A stretch of DNA of 57,362 nt, counting the filler, from Sphacelaria rigidula (taxonomy: Eukaryota), in assembly GCA_964200075.2 (NCBI GenBank). It is 8 parts of 8 records of this genome, joined end to end, with 100 filler letters (N's around TTAATTAATTAA, not from the genome) between each part and the next. Parts side by side here need not be neighbours in the genome. Positions count along the whole stretch, not along the records: positions 35,916 to 42,998 come from CAXNAA020016580.1; positions 43,099 to 50,180 come from CAXNAA020016581.1; positions 50,281 to 57,362 come from CAXNAA020016582.1; 5 more parts are not named here. One strand, given 5' to 3'. Under the pieces are notes generated by a model, which was given only the letters and a program-made list of their open reading frames with translations, did no database searches and was not told the DNA's origin. Positions 37,231 through 50,450 of this stretch are shown one piece after another. Each line of letters begins with the position of its first letter. The stretch's first letter is position 1. The position numbers and the translations under genes are program-made.

Positions 37231-37896
37231 AAAAGCAGAGAGTGAAGCGAAGCGCACCACACGGAAATCGTCGCACATAGTTGCGGGAATAAGCTCGTGT
37301 GGGCCCGGGAGCTGAACTCAAATGAACCCATCCTTCAAGTGACAGCTCAGTTCTAGGATATGGGTGAATGTCCGTGGTAATCGGGCTGTTGTGATCTGCC
37401 GCAACCGCTGAAGCACTGAATTCAGCCGATTGCGTGAAGCAACACGCAAATAAACGACAGGCACCGTGCACATACCGAGAGTGCGCACACAAAACCTAAA
37501 GGCAGCGTGCTCTTCAAATGCAAAGGACGTACACTGTGCAGGGCAATGGATGCGAACTAAACTCGATACCTCTCTGGCAAGGGCCCCCCAATCGCATCCT
37601 CCGCCCGCTTAAATGGACGACGCTCAATTTGGAGAGAATCGAATCCCCCAAGATAAACGGATACTGACTGCAGACGGTGGCAGCACGGTGATTATTTTGA
37701 TTTTATTTAAAAACTACATCTACTGCTGGCTGCAACCGTTCGACCGTTAATGAAGTTCTTGCGTACACAATCCCGAATATCATGGTAATGCATCGTCTCG
37801 TCACTTGTTCGTTGCCGTGGAACGGTCCACCAGAACACCCTCACGCACCCCGCAGTCAACGAGATGGCCAATAGCTAGTGAAACAGTGCAGTATAC

Positions 37897-37993
37897 CTCA
37901 TCTAGGAGATCTTGAAGTACGGTCAGGTCCACTTCGCGCACGACGTCGTCCACGTCTACACGCGCCAACTTCTTCCAGTCAAGCTTACCGTGT
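37897..37993 (-). CDS. DZIP1: Preceding exon of the DZIP1/Iguana-like gene
   Basis: gatAG acceptor, 1 nt plus 32 codons HGKLDWKKLARVDVDDVVREVDLTVLQDLLDE, GTATAC donor. The phase-0 end joins the next exon in frame. Confidence 0.85.
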
Positions 37994-40900
37994 CTATCAC
38001 ATCCAGCAAAACAACGGACGGAAGGCGGGCAAAATGCGGTTAAGGGTCGACGAGGAGAGAGCGCTGGCGAAAACATCGAACATGATTTACACATGAGGAT
38101 CCAACACTTCCTCGACTACACGACATGCGCACCCTCGGCGCACCGCCGAATGAAAGGCTTCGAATAGTACCTTGTCACCTTTCCAGGGGAGTGGGATCAC
38201 GAGCGCTCTGCTAAGAACAGTGGGCGATGCACGATCATACCGGGGTTCTACACTCTCCGAGTCCCACGTGTACGTTGCGCCAGACACGTAGACGGCGAGC
38301 TTCTGGGTGATTGCGTGTTTCACACTTTGCACACAGCACTGTACGTGGGAACACTTCCGCCGTATACTCACAGAGGAATACAGTTACAATGCTATGATGT
38401 GCGACAGCTGCTAGAGCCGCATTCCGCCGATAGCTACCGGGCGGAGCTTTGCACGCATGGTCTTGTAGGCAGCGAACGAATCAGTGACTTGAGTTGATTA
38501 ATAATGCTGGGGTAGATTTTTAGATCGAAATTGGAAAACGCCTTCTTTAGTCCCATGGCTACACTGTCTGTGCCACGAAAAACTTCCGCGATCTCATCGC
38601 TCGACACGACAGGCATCACGTTGGTCGATGTCGGCTCTTCTTTGGCGTGTCAAACGCCCATGCCCACCACAGTTCTCCTGTTTTTCAGCCAAGACCAACC
38701 ACCCCGAGAAAATATTAAGCCGAACTTGAACTGTCTCAGGGCAACACGGGCACAACTATGACATGCAGCACGATGAAACACGATAACGACGACGACGAAC
38801 TCCCACGAACGCATCGAGAGGCTATAGTAGAGTACAGCTATACTAATCCATCGTATGTACTTTTTACCTTTGCCTGAAGTAGAACGCTGCAGGGCTCAGG
38901 GAAATGCTCGACACCCGCATCCCGCCTGGCCCAACTTCTGTCTGCCGGGGCTGTCGCATCTTGTCTCAGCACAGTGCAGACAGCACAGTCCCGTATTGTT
39001 GACCTGCTTTGAAGGTGACCAGTACACATAGGATACGGAAGCTCGGAAATAGAGCAGACAATCTCACCCGAGCATACATAGAGCAGGGCTACAGCAGAAG
39101 TGCTGTGCACGATATGAATGCTATGATTTTGTCCGGAAGATCTCCAGGCGTCTTGTTATGCTGCTGTGCGGTGCGGGACGACTATCGTCTCAAGACATTC
39201 GCATTGTCGTTCACTGCATACTAAAATAGATCAGCAAACAATGCAGCTCAGACCTTAGAACAGCACAGTACGGTATGTGTCAACATAGTGAAACTGAGGA
39301 ATTGATTATACTAGTAACGTATAAAATAGGTTCTGCGCTCGATGTGAAACCTACCGTGATAAGTGCAATGCCGATGGCAGCAGCAGTACCATCGGCAGCA
39401 GTAGTCCTTTAATCACTAACGACAGCAAAGGTCGCAAGATCTCCGTGATACATCAACCGTTGTTGTCATTATTGAATGTCATCATACCTTCAGGTCATAA
39501 TCCGATCTGTGGATCTACACGCGACCGGCCCCGCGGTAAAGCTTGCCATCGTGCAGTCCAGAGGGAAGTGGGGGATAATCGTACTCGAGAGTACAGACGT
39601 TTTGGCATCATTGATATATTTCACTTCTGATTTCCGAGCTGGAAGGGCAAGCGATTGATAAGGCGGCTCTACAAGTGTCAGGTACGAGACGGTGTGCTGT
39701 GATCCTAGCACAGAACCAAAATGTGTCCTTGGTTCCCTGGCTTGAATTTTCACCGCAGCTTCCTTCAACACGTTCAAACGGTAAAACACACACAGGCCTC
39801 GTCTATGGCGCTGTGCGTTGTTTCGTATGCATTTATCGCTGCACGAAGATGAAGCTGCTTTCACAGCGTAGTATTACCCAATGAGATCGATCTAGACTGT
39901 ACATTCTACAAACCGTGTGCTCCAGGGTTGCGCGAAGCACATGTTATTTTATTTATACACCCCCCCACCCCCACCCCCCACCCGATAATGACATACCCGA
40001 CAAAGTGCAGGAGGCCAGCAAAGGACTTCAACGCAACCGTCGTTGGTACGTATAAATATACCAGTACATTCATCACATGGTTAAGTAGTGTAGGAAGTTT
40101 GATCCGATCCCAATGACCACATCGTACAAACATTCGATGGGGAAGTCGCGACATGAGGACGCTGCGCCGGTTGTACAAACGTGTCGGCCATTTTCCATCC
40201 CTAGATATTTTCAGCGAAGCTTGAGCGAAGGCCAGAAGTCACGCTGCAGGCTGCGCCAACGCGTTATCAACTCTTCTGCATACACACAGACGCACTTTTC
40301 AGCATCGATAGCTTGCTTGTGCTCAACATTGGATGGGTCGCGACACGTGGTACGGATTGTAGCGCGTTCCGAAACGGAAAAAAGTGTCCAACCGCAGAGC
40401 TCGCGAGTGGACGCTCTTGCACGCTGTACCCCGCGCTATAGCGGGTGACTACGTGTGCAATGTGCAACCGTGTCGACAAGGACTGAAGTAGCATGCCCTT
40501 GCGTTGATTCCAGCTTGATGCAAGCGAAAATCAGGAGGAAAAATTCGGGAGCAAGAGACCGTGATCTTGTCGAAGATAGTCGCTCTCTCGTGTCTTATAT
40601 GAGGGTCATACTACCGTAGGGGTTGCACATTTGTCCCAGATTTTTGTCAGGGCTCCTAAAGTTGAGAGCCGCACAAGAATGTGGGTCAAGGCGATCCTGG
40701 TATCAGATTCATTCGGGACATCCCAAGCCCATTGGAGCGTCAATCGTGGTGTGTTCTCACGCGTTTTTTAAGTCGTTTTGTGGATGAGAATATAGGGCTC
40801 CTGTCCATTCGAATCTCGGAAAATGTATGTGCATCCATACTATATAGTACCACTTATGACAGGATGATTCAGTATGGAGGTAACACTGTCAGACCACAGT

Positions 40901-41418
40901 AAAATGTTTGACGACATTGGGCAGATGTGAAAATAACAGATGCGATCCTTTGCAATGTTTCTCCTCATGACAGGATAGGTAAGCATGAAAACTGGCGATC
41001 CTTCAGGTTATTGTAAGTTTTACCTTTGGAAGCCAGATGTTGTGTGCAGCCGAGCAGCACCAAGCTTCGGAGATTAAGCAGAAAATAACAGATATACTCA
41101 GTCTGCATGCCAAAGTGTTAGTCTACAGTCGATCCATGCATTGCCAAATGCAAATGCGATTTTGTGGAGATATTATTATCAGACGCTTCGCTGCTGCAGT
41201 ACGATATCTCAAAAGCTAGATCGCGGTCATCGAAGGGCTTGTCCCCCAAAGCGCTCAGGTGCGTTCATACCTGAAATGGGCACCCATGTTCGTGCTGAAA
41301 AAAGGTTGAGCAGAGGAGAAAACGTCGACTCTATACTCCCCATAAGCTACGTTTTTCATGTCTCCTCATATACATATTTTTTTTATCAACGCGTATTTCT
41401 CCGCCTGTGATGTTCAGC

Positions 41419-41539
41419 ACGCGTCCTCGTCCACGTGATGGGCATCAAGGATGAGCTATCGGCCTTCGACCGGGAGCTGTCAATGTTCCCGGTGCGTGCT
41501 TTCGATTTCGTCAACGCCGGCAATGTCGTCATCGAGCAG
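41419..41539 (+). CDS. Probable exon of an unidentified plus-strand gene
   Basis: gttcAG ... GAGCAG|GTACGT, GC3-rich, reading RVLVHVMGIKDELSAFDRELSMFPVRAFDFVNAGNVVIEQ. Weaker exon candidates lie at ~40214-40349, ~40525-40604 and ~41755-41837. Confidence 0.5.
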
Positions 41540-44169
41540 GTACGTTTTGTGACGAGCACGGTATGTACTGCTCCTGTGTGTGTTGGCATCCCATCTATTC
41601 TGGACGACAGTCTACGCCATTGGGTATATGTGGGCACATGAACTGGCATGAGCACACAGGAGGGAGGTCACCACACATGAGTTTTTTCTTTGATTTCGTT
41701 TCTATTACTCCATCTTCCTTCTGCGATGCTTGCCTGCCTATTTTTCTTGAGAAGGATTCAGCCGTCCCTTCATTCGTCGACCGTGAAGTCGACCTTTGTG
41801 TACTCCCGGCACAGTCGTTCTCCACTGTCGAGCGTGGGTGACGGGTTCTAGCAACCCGAAAATGTATCTCCCAGGTGTGGTGTGCATGGAGTGCTATGCA
41901 ACCTACCCCACTACAGGGGGCGTTCACCACAGTGCTGTTAGAAAAAAAAACAGTGGATTGAGAGGATTTGTTTTCAAATGGTGTGGAGAGACTGAACTTT
42001 ATTCAGAAACGAGCGGTAGTGGAGGGTAGTAGAATTTTCATTCAATACTTGAGAGCAGAGTGTGTTTGCTCAGTATTGTTTGGACTCAGGCAGCACATCA
42101 AGTGTAGCTGACCCCAGTTGCTTATTTCTTTGTGGGGCTTTCAACGCTTTGATCACAAGAGTGAGTCATCTCAGTATTGTATTCATTTTCCAAGTGGTAT
42201 CGATGCAGATTATATGACTCATCGTGGCGGTCGAAGGGCTGACCTCAGAGGCAAACTAGAGGTCATTCCACTTCCATGTCCACAGCTGATGTTTGTTTAA
42301 TCGCTGGATTTACGGCACAACTGCAAATAATACAGAAGAAACTCATGAGGGTATTAGCGATCCGTTGCCTACACGGGATTCATGCAACACCTATTCTCAT
42401 TCAGCGGAAGGCGGTGGGCCATCATGTCATCAAGTGCACTTGAAATATAACACGTTTTTCTGTGGGCTATCTAGTAATTTGCCTTGAATACGATGTGGAA
42501 CGAATAACATACTCATAGCGTCGTCTTCGATCTGTACTGGATGGATCGTTCTGCTGGGTGACACTAAAATCAGTAGATTCGATCTATGACAAGGGTAAGG
42601 GCTAGGGTGGGTTGGGTGTAGGTTAGTGTGTCCAAAAAGTTTTTTTTGTTGCACTTTGAACCCCTCCTCTTGCTCAGGATGAGTCCATGGTCTCAAGTGA
42701 TCAACCTATCTCCCCCCGGTGTACTAAACACCTACAAATTCCTTCACTTGAGTTCTAGGATAACATAACCGCAAAACAGTATGTTATCTATACTCGATAC
42801 CCTTCTTGTAACAGCACATTCCGTGTCATGTATGTATTCAAGTGTATATTTGAGTTTTCACGTATCTACATATTTGATGGCGTAAGCGGAAAAATGATGA
42901 CAGCAACCCGTACTCTAAGCCCTGTGTTGTGTGTTGTCGTCCCATTTATTCTGGGCGCCGGTCTACCCCTTTCGGGATATGTGGGCGCATCAGCCGGGNN
43001 NNNNNNNNNNNNNNNNNNNNNNNNNNNNNNNNNNNNNNNNNNTTAATTAATTAANNNNNNNNNNNNNNNNNNNNNNNNNNNNNNNNNNNNNNNNNNNNTG
43101 TATTCACTTTTCGGTTGTCTATCTTATTTCTGCGTCTAGCCCTCGTCTCTGTCGGGACGGTGCGTTTGATGGGGGGGGGTTCCAGGGAATTTCGGCGGGT
43201 TTCCAGGGAATTTCGCGCGTCCCATACGTCAGGGTTAACATCCAGCGTGAATATGTCGCTATTCTACAAGTACAGGATTTAGGCTGACCACACTGTCTTC
43301 AAGTAATCATGATTGACCATACTTAATTCAAGGGGTTATATGCCCTATTATGGCGTCTGCATACTTCACGCAAGTTATAAGGTCTTGACAATCTGAAGGA
43401 AGTCAAGTAGACGTCGCTTCCGCGTGAATTTTAGCCTGACTAAACTATATTCAAGTGATTAGGACTGGCTTCGCTTCATCTACGTAAATTAGTTCGCCGA
43501 TACTGCTGTCGAGTTTGCCTGCTAGTGTACTTGTTCCGAGGGCGGCGGAACGGCAGTGTCTCTGGGTGGAACAAGAGTACTTTGCTCCTACTTGCACCGG
43601 GATTCTACGGTGCAGGGAATACAGTATTGCTAAATAATAACAATGCTCGTGGCAATACCTTCGTAAGCGAATACAGCACGGGATGCACTCGTTGAGACCC
43701 TTTCACATCAGACGTGGAATACACGGGGTCGGATTTTAGTGTGACGTTGGTGAGAGTTTTGCTTCTTGATACGAGCGTGCACACGTACTACTTGTATATG
43801 TACACATGACGGGAGAAACACAGAATTCAGACAAGGAAAGAATCGCCCCCTTTGGAAATGTCTTATGCCCACATTTGAAATTTCCCCTCCCGGGTGGGAG
43901 GTGGGCGGTGCATGGCATCCGAGGTTCCAGTCTACGGGCACCCTTTGCCGTGTCGTACTATTAATAAGACGTACTGGTTGTTGCAGTGTTTGAAAAGATG
44001 CTGCACCAATTCACGCACGAGGGCATGTAGCATGAGGTCACATACTTCATCGACACGCTACTCTTTGCCAGTGTGTAAGCTCTCGCGTGGCACATCCCAT
44101 CATTCCTGTTGGCGAACAATCCTTTAGGTCATAGCGTGTGCAGTTTTTCCACCCTACCCCCGGGCCCAA

Positions 44170-45001
44170 CGTCGTCACGTAGTACGGGACACACCGGATA
44201 TACAGCAACTTGATGTGTGAAGACGTGGTGATGGCGATGTGTGCGGTCGACGCCGGCGACGACTCCTCCGTTTGCTCGGACGCGGATGGGGAGGCTTTCA
44301 CCTCTTCCGACACCACCATCGAATACGCATTGTGTGTTGGGCAGGGGGGTGATACACAGCAGGGTGAGGGCGAACCGTGGGTGTTCGACTCGGGGGCTAC
44401 CCAGCATGCCCCCCTGATTCCAGTGGGATGACGGAGTACAGAGAGTATCAGGGTAGGGTACTACGGTGCGCGGGTGGTGGTACTTGACCGATCAGAGACA
44501 GAGGAAATATGTATCTTGCCTTCAGATCTGACGGACAGGATGTAGTGGTCAAATTGATGGATGCTGATCATGTACTAAACGTCCGTCATCACCTCTTGTC
44601 ACCCACAAGGATCCAGACTACTGGGCACACCGACATTGGTTTTCGTGGAGGTTTCAGGGTAGATGTCATTTCAGGCAACACACTACACACTGAAAATACT
44701 TGGACCAACTCAACTACTGAAAATGTACGCCCGCCGCCTTGATCAGAACGGTAGTGACGAGTATGCTTCGGCATACGCTGTGATTGCCCCGGGGGCTCCG
44801 TCTAGCCCCCAAATCGTTGATATGAACGATTTTCACTGTGCTCACGCCCGCGTTCACGAGGACTTACTGCGAAAGACCGCGAAGCAGCTGGGAGTGCAGC
44901 TGACTGGAGAGTTGCAGCCCTGCCGCGGTTGCTCGGAGGCGAAGGGACTACGACGACCGATTCCCAGATCGACGGACACGAGAGCAGCTAAGTCAGCGTC
45001 T
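44170..45001 (+). mobile_element. Ty1/Copia pol remnant, 5' part (protease and GAG-pre-integrase HHCC)
   Basis: WVFDSGATQH protease motif, HVLNVRHHLLS, and DMNDFHCAHARVHEDLLRKTAKQLGVQLTGELQPCRGCSEAKG. Frameshifts and stops are present. Confidence 0.9.
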
Positions 45002-46410
45002 CAGTGTTATCCCTTGTCGATAATATGGAGGCGGTGTTTTGGCAGCTTAGGCGTGAAGAGCATCCGCACCCCGCGTCAGATTACGCCGAAACTTGGAGGG
45101 TGTGTAGATTGGTATTAGAGGAAGGTGTCACTGCCACAGCTACAGCAGGGGAAGTCGGTGATGGGCCGGTCTGCATTCATACGGTGGATAATCATAGGGT
45201 GCGCGATCACGTTTTTCAACACCCTGCTGTCTGATGACGATTATAGTGGGTACAGCGACAGTTGAGCACGCTGACTGTGCAATGAATCCCGCCGGCCTCG
45301 CATCATTCTTTGCCCAGTTAGGCATGAACGCTCAAAGAAACCCAGCAAACAAGCATCGTTTATGGTCCGCTATATATATGAGGGTTGGGAGGTGAACGTT
45401 TCCGCTCCAAAACGGTCGACAGTCGAAGGTTAAGCTCCTGTCGCGCGACCAGTGGGTTGCGCGACGGGCCGTTGCCGGCGTACCTGATACTGGAGGCGAC
45501 ATCCCGGTACAGAGAGTCTCACCACTACCGACCCGGTAGTGCAAACAGGCTGGCAGCCGGAGTGGGCGTTGCACTGGTATTCTTCTAACCTTATCAACTT
45601 GAATTATCTCCGCAACGGCTTTCCACGTGAATATTTCGGTGATTTCCTCACTTCCACTTCGGCCATATTTTGACGACAACGCCACGGTCCCACTGCCCAA
45701 CTTTATATGTGAAAATGTACCAAGATGGACAATATACTCGTGTTCAGCTTGAAAAAAGTGTACTGCGCACAGTACTGAAATCTGTTGTCGAGTACAGCTG
45801 CAAGACGGTCGGGTTACAAAAATCTGGACCTGCGACGGGTGGTATTACCCGTACACATGAACGGCAGCAGAAGCGGCTGGGTACATGTTGCGGTGAACTG
45901 CGGAAGACAGGTCGAAATCACTGCAGGGCAGAGATATACGAAGGACGTTACGTTCTGCGGTGTGCCATATCACCTTGCACGTTGCTACTGTGCATCGAGC
46001 ACGTTGTGCAGCTACAGGCGTCACTGATGCCGGTGATGCGCAGTCTCTAATCACAGTATATGGTGTACTGTACTGTATCACTTGTGTTCAGACCAGTGCA
46101 GACGGGGTGGGGCCCGCATGTACATAACCCTTCACGAACTTCGTCGTGCACTACCGATCCGGCACGTTTTTTCAGTAGAAACCGCTTGCAATCTATGATG
46201 TTACATAACTCGCAAGCGATGCAGCTTTCTTCACGTCCACACACCGCCCGTGAGGCGAGCTCTTGATGGTGGAAGTACCCGTCCCTCTTCCCGTGATGAT
46301 CTCCAGCCTTGGTCTCAGACAATTGAAACCTTCGGAATATGACAGAATCTACTGGAAGTTACACATCTCGCACCCTAATTCCTCCATATTATCGAAAAGT
46401 AATAACACTT
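45002..46410. mobile_element. 1409-bp TIR DNA transposon (non-autonomous) inserted in the Copia integrase
   Basis: 30-bp imperfect TIRs CAGTGTTATCCCTTGTCGATAATATGGAGG / CCTCCATATTATCGAAAAGTAATAACACTT. GTCT is duplicated at 44998-45001 and 46411-46414. Removal restores KSASRVLVD. Confidence 0.9.
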
Positions 46411-47900
46411 GTCTAGGGTGTTGGTAGATTTTTGCGGCCCGAAACCAGTCAAGTCTCACGGGGGAAAGTGGTACACGATTCGAGATGATTACTCACGGTT
46501 CACGAACCTGTATTTTTTCCGCACGAAGGATGAGGCAGCACGATACTTCACGAAATACATTACAGAAATATCTCTAAGAAAAGTCGGAGTAGTCCGCAGC
46601 GATGACGGGGGTCGATTCTCGGAAGGCGCATTTGGTGAACTGTGTAACAGGGAAAATATCGACCAGGAAAAGACAACTCCCGACTCATTCCAGTTCAACG
46701 GCGTTGCAGAGCGAGCATTGGGTATAATCGAAATAGTTGGCCTTGCGGTCAAGATCCAAGCATCTGAATTGTACGAGCGTATCCCAAATGGTGAACACCT
46801 GTGGGCTGAACAGGCACACTGGGCGTGCCACGCCCTGAACCACGCTGCTACCTCGTCTATCCCAAAACGCAAAGCACCGCATGAGATGTGGTACGGATCA
46901 CCATCGGACGGTGATCTCATTCCGTTTTTGAAGCCTGGATTTTGCAAGAGGAGGCGGACAAACCAATTACAGCCGAAGGCGGGAAAGTGCTGGTATTTGA
47001 GCTCAGCACCAGGTTACCCACGTGACGCGATGCGAGTTTTGACTGTACAAGGACCTATCCATGGGCACGTACCTCCCCCACCCCCTCCCGCACACTGCAG
47101 CAAGCGATTCAGACACCGTGCGAGCTGAAGGATTCCAAGGTCGATGCAGGCCCGGACGTGAGCGAGCCAGTGGTGGAAAATTCGACAGTGGACACTTCGC
47201 CAGCGGTTCCTCAAGCGCACCGTTCCCCCCGCAAATGCCGTGGGTGAGGGGGGCGGGGCAGCACCGCAGATCCCCGTCAATACTGGAGGGGGCGAAGTGA
47301 CTTCACTGTCCCCGCGAGGGGGGGGGAGAAGGTGGGATGACACCACAGATCCCCGCTCCAGATTCAATCAACGGAGAGGGTGAGGGGGAGCAGGAAACAC
47401 CTCCATCGTCTACATCAACAACGTCATCGACATCTACGCCGACGTCCACATCAACGCCGACGCCCACATCGGCATCCTACACTCCCTCGTCGCCCGCAGT
47501 ATCACCCTCTTCGACGGTCCCTCGCAAGACGGCGGGGGGGCGGCGACGCTCCTCAACTCCCGAGGACCGAGCGGCGCCGTCTCACGTGGGCCAACGAGTT
47601 GCCGACACCACGAGCGGGGCGCACTAGGAGCCAAACGCGTGAAGCCATGAGGTCGGCGCATACACACGGCGAGACGCCGATGGTTAGAGAAGGGGAAAGA
47701 GCAGAGAGGAAGCGGAGACGACGTTGGCGGGGATGGCCGACGACAAATGCTCAGCACTAGAGATGATCACCGCGGCAGCAGGACAGATGGCAGGACAATA
47801 TGCATTTGTCTCGATCAAAAATGAGTTGGCTGACAACGATTATTCTGTTTTGTTGCTGGAACCGAGGAAGATAGAGGAGGGCAGCCTGAATTTGGTTTGC
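46411..47900 (+). mobile_element. Ty1/Copia pol remnant, integrase core and linker (RT missing)
   Basis: VLVDFCGP...IRDDYSRFT...VRSDDGGRF...QFNGVAERA (DDE triad), LWAEQAHWACHALN and PHEMWYG, followed by a decayed low-complexity linker. Confidence 0.92.
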
Positions 47901-47962
47901 AATCATTGGTTGCCCTGCATATAAGCGAAGTAGAGGCAGCGCCGACCAGTATGGACGACGTA

Positions 47963-48209
47963 CGAGCTGGGTCAGCCGAGAAGCGATTCTGCAGTTTGTA
48001 GGCCGATTATACAGCCAATACTTGGAGTTGGACCCTGAAATTTGGTATGGACAATGAGTAGGGCATAATGAAAAAATTACTGGCGTACACAAGGTTTTTT
48101 TTATCATGCCCTACTCATTGTCCATACCAAATTTCAGGGTCCAGCTCCAAGTATTGGCCGTGTAATGTGCCTGCAACCTGCAGAATCGCTTCTCGGCTGG
48201 CCCAGCTCG
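47963..48209. mobile_element. 247-bp Tc1/mariner-type palindromic MITE
   Basis: TA|CGAGCTGGG...CCCAGCTCG|TA with near-perfect inverted arms of ~115 bp. Confidence 0.85.
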
Positions 48210-48621
48210 TAGCGTGAGAGAAGAATGACGAGCTCTCCCTGGTTTTCGGAGTGTCAGGTTGAGCTGCTGTAGCAGTGCAATGCAGTAGTAAAATGTAGTA
48301 CTGCATTTACGGTAGAAATGGCAACACAAACACTGTAACACTACGGCATGCTACAGTACACGCATCATGCAGCACCGTGCGGGCTGTGCTTTGTATGGCG
48401 CAATACAGTACCGTACAGTACGGTACGGTGTATGTACCGTCCTGCACCGTATAGATAGTGCTGTATACTGTCGTGCAAGAGAGTGTAGTGCAGTACCGGT
48501 GCGCTGTACTGTCAAGGTCTGCACAGCACACCCATCCCGCCTGCAAATTTCTGTGCTGTACCGTCTGTCGGAACAGTACATTCATGATTTTATTTATTCT
48601 TGTCATACTTAATAACTTCGA

Positions 48622-48922
48622 ACCCCTCCCCTTCCTTGGTACGAGCCCGTGGTCTCACGGGGTCCACCCCATGTCTCTCCCCGGTACACGCCTTGCGTCT
48701 TGGTCTCGCGGATTGGGCCAGCACTCCCGCACCGCGTTAACTATCGCCATACAAACTCACGCAACTACTTGTTTTTGTCTTACACACGTACGAAACTCCG
48801 GTTTTCGACGGTGCGAATCAGATACTTGAGGAAGAAAAAACGCATCATCGGGAATCGAACCCACGTTCTCCCCATCCTTATGGTGACAGTCGGACTATTT
48901 TAATTTAAACCACCGGGGCGCG
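48622..48922 (-). mobile_element. tRNA-derived SINE (family 1)
   Basis: Plus-strand GGGAATCGAACCC and CCACCGGGGC are the B box and 5' head on the minus strand. Body and tail match the other copies. Confidence 0.85.
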
Positions 48923-49819
48923 GCGGTTGTGAAATGTTGCTGTTCGCACTATATTCACAGGGCGTGAAGAGGAAGACCACTACAGCAGCAATCAAATCTA
49001 CCGCACACAGCCGTGATGTAAATACGTATTCGATTCGTCGAACGAGCCTTCTCCGAAAAAACTAGTACGAGTCTGACTCGAATCATGCGAGTCTGACTCC
49101 TGGAGAGTGTTTCAAGAGACATCCCACAAAAATTGTGCCTGGTATTTTATCTTACTCGGGTCGCACCGGCCATTCGGAGAAATGATGACTCGTGCGACTC
49201 GAGCCATGCGAGTCGTCGAGAAAAGAAGTCCAGAAATAGTACGAACGAGTCCGAGTCCTGTGCGTCGGGCTCAGATTCGTTTGACGTGTCTAATTTCGTA
49301 TATACGTTTCACGTGGGGGGAAATTATGATATATGTTCAAGCGCTTGTAATAGCGTGCTTGAACGAAATGTTGTCAACGGCGTGTTGCGGTGGGGAAAAA
49401 AATGCCACGCAACGGGGTAAAAAATGTTCCCGCATTCGGAGTGATCTCGGCCCACTGTCGCCTTTCAATATGTATACCTTACGCCGCCTTCGCGCGTACA
49501 CTCTCATGATCTCGCGTTGCGATGGGTCTCCTGTGATGAAAATTGGAGGCAAGGTGGCCATGAAAACTCTAGTACGGTTAGTACGTCCGTCGTGCACAGA
49601 TGTACAGTTCTGTCATGGGGCTGGGCGAACCAACAAGCACCCAAAACGTTCGACATACGAATTATCATGACCCGTTGTGAGAAGTATCGAAGAAATGGGG
49701 TCCCCTGAAGCTCGTTAGCCCCCCCCGGATTGCGCCGCGCACACTGCTACATACGTACATACACACATGTGGGCACCTACCATACCGTGCTGTGTAGGAA
49801 TACGTGGTATAACACCCCC

Positions 49820-50180
49820 ACCCTTTTGGGGATTGGCGTCGGTTGGCAACAGCGTTGTACAACACGCCCCTCGCTATGAAAGCTGGGCAGCCAGGTAACC
49901 CTTTTTTGCGGTAACCATTATGGTAGTCAAGCTGGATCATGTTGTGCGGGGTGGCGAGCCTCAACTCCACGCAATGGGGATGATCGTACCATGTTGTGTT
50001 GAAACGATGAGACACCCACGAGGCAGTGTAACCCGTGACTATATCTGAAAGTGGCGATACCAGACGATAAAGCAACTCATTGGAGGCTGTCATCCAAATG
50101 CAAGATAATCAGTAAGCTTCGGGCCGAACAATCTTAGAAGGATGCAGCTCACCCTTCACGCGACTCGCCTAGCACACCAT
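49820..50180 (+). repeat. Dispersed repeat family A, middle and 3' modules
   Basis: GGTAACCATTATGGTAGTCAAGCTGGATCATGTTGTGCGGGGTGGC and AACAATCTTAGAAGGATGCAGCTCAC match 22950-23030 and 23308-23350. Confidence 0.75.
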
Positions 50181-50373
50181 NNNNNNNNNNNNNNNNNNNN
50201 NNNNNNNNNNNNNNNNNNNNNNNNTTAATTAATTAANNNNNNNNNNNNNNNNNNNNNNNNNNNNNNNNNNNNNNNNNNNNTTGTTTTTCTGTGGTTTTTT
50301 TTTTTTGTATTGTGTCTCCCCCCCCCCCCCCCCCACCTGCCAGAAAGTGCGGTCCACGGATGGTCTGTGTAAA

Positions 50374-50450
50374 CCCTTTTGGAACCCACCCACTGACGAT
50401 TTTATTTTTGTGAATCGGCATCATTTTCAAGTCAATGGGTTCCCGAAGGG
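50374..50450. mobile_element. Short piggyBac-type MITE relic
   Basis: CCCTTTTGGAACCCA...TGGGTTCCCGAAGGG TIRs, internal AATCGGCATCATTTTC as in 5857-6015, degenerate TTAA flanks. Confidence 0.6.

Noticed and set aside
38087..38619. First coding exon(s) of the DZIP1-like gene
   Set aside because: Two phase-2 donors near 38130-38143 are possible, but I could not establish a start codon or homology.
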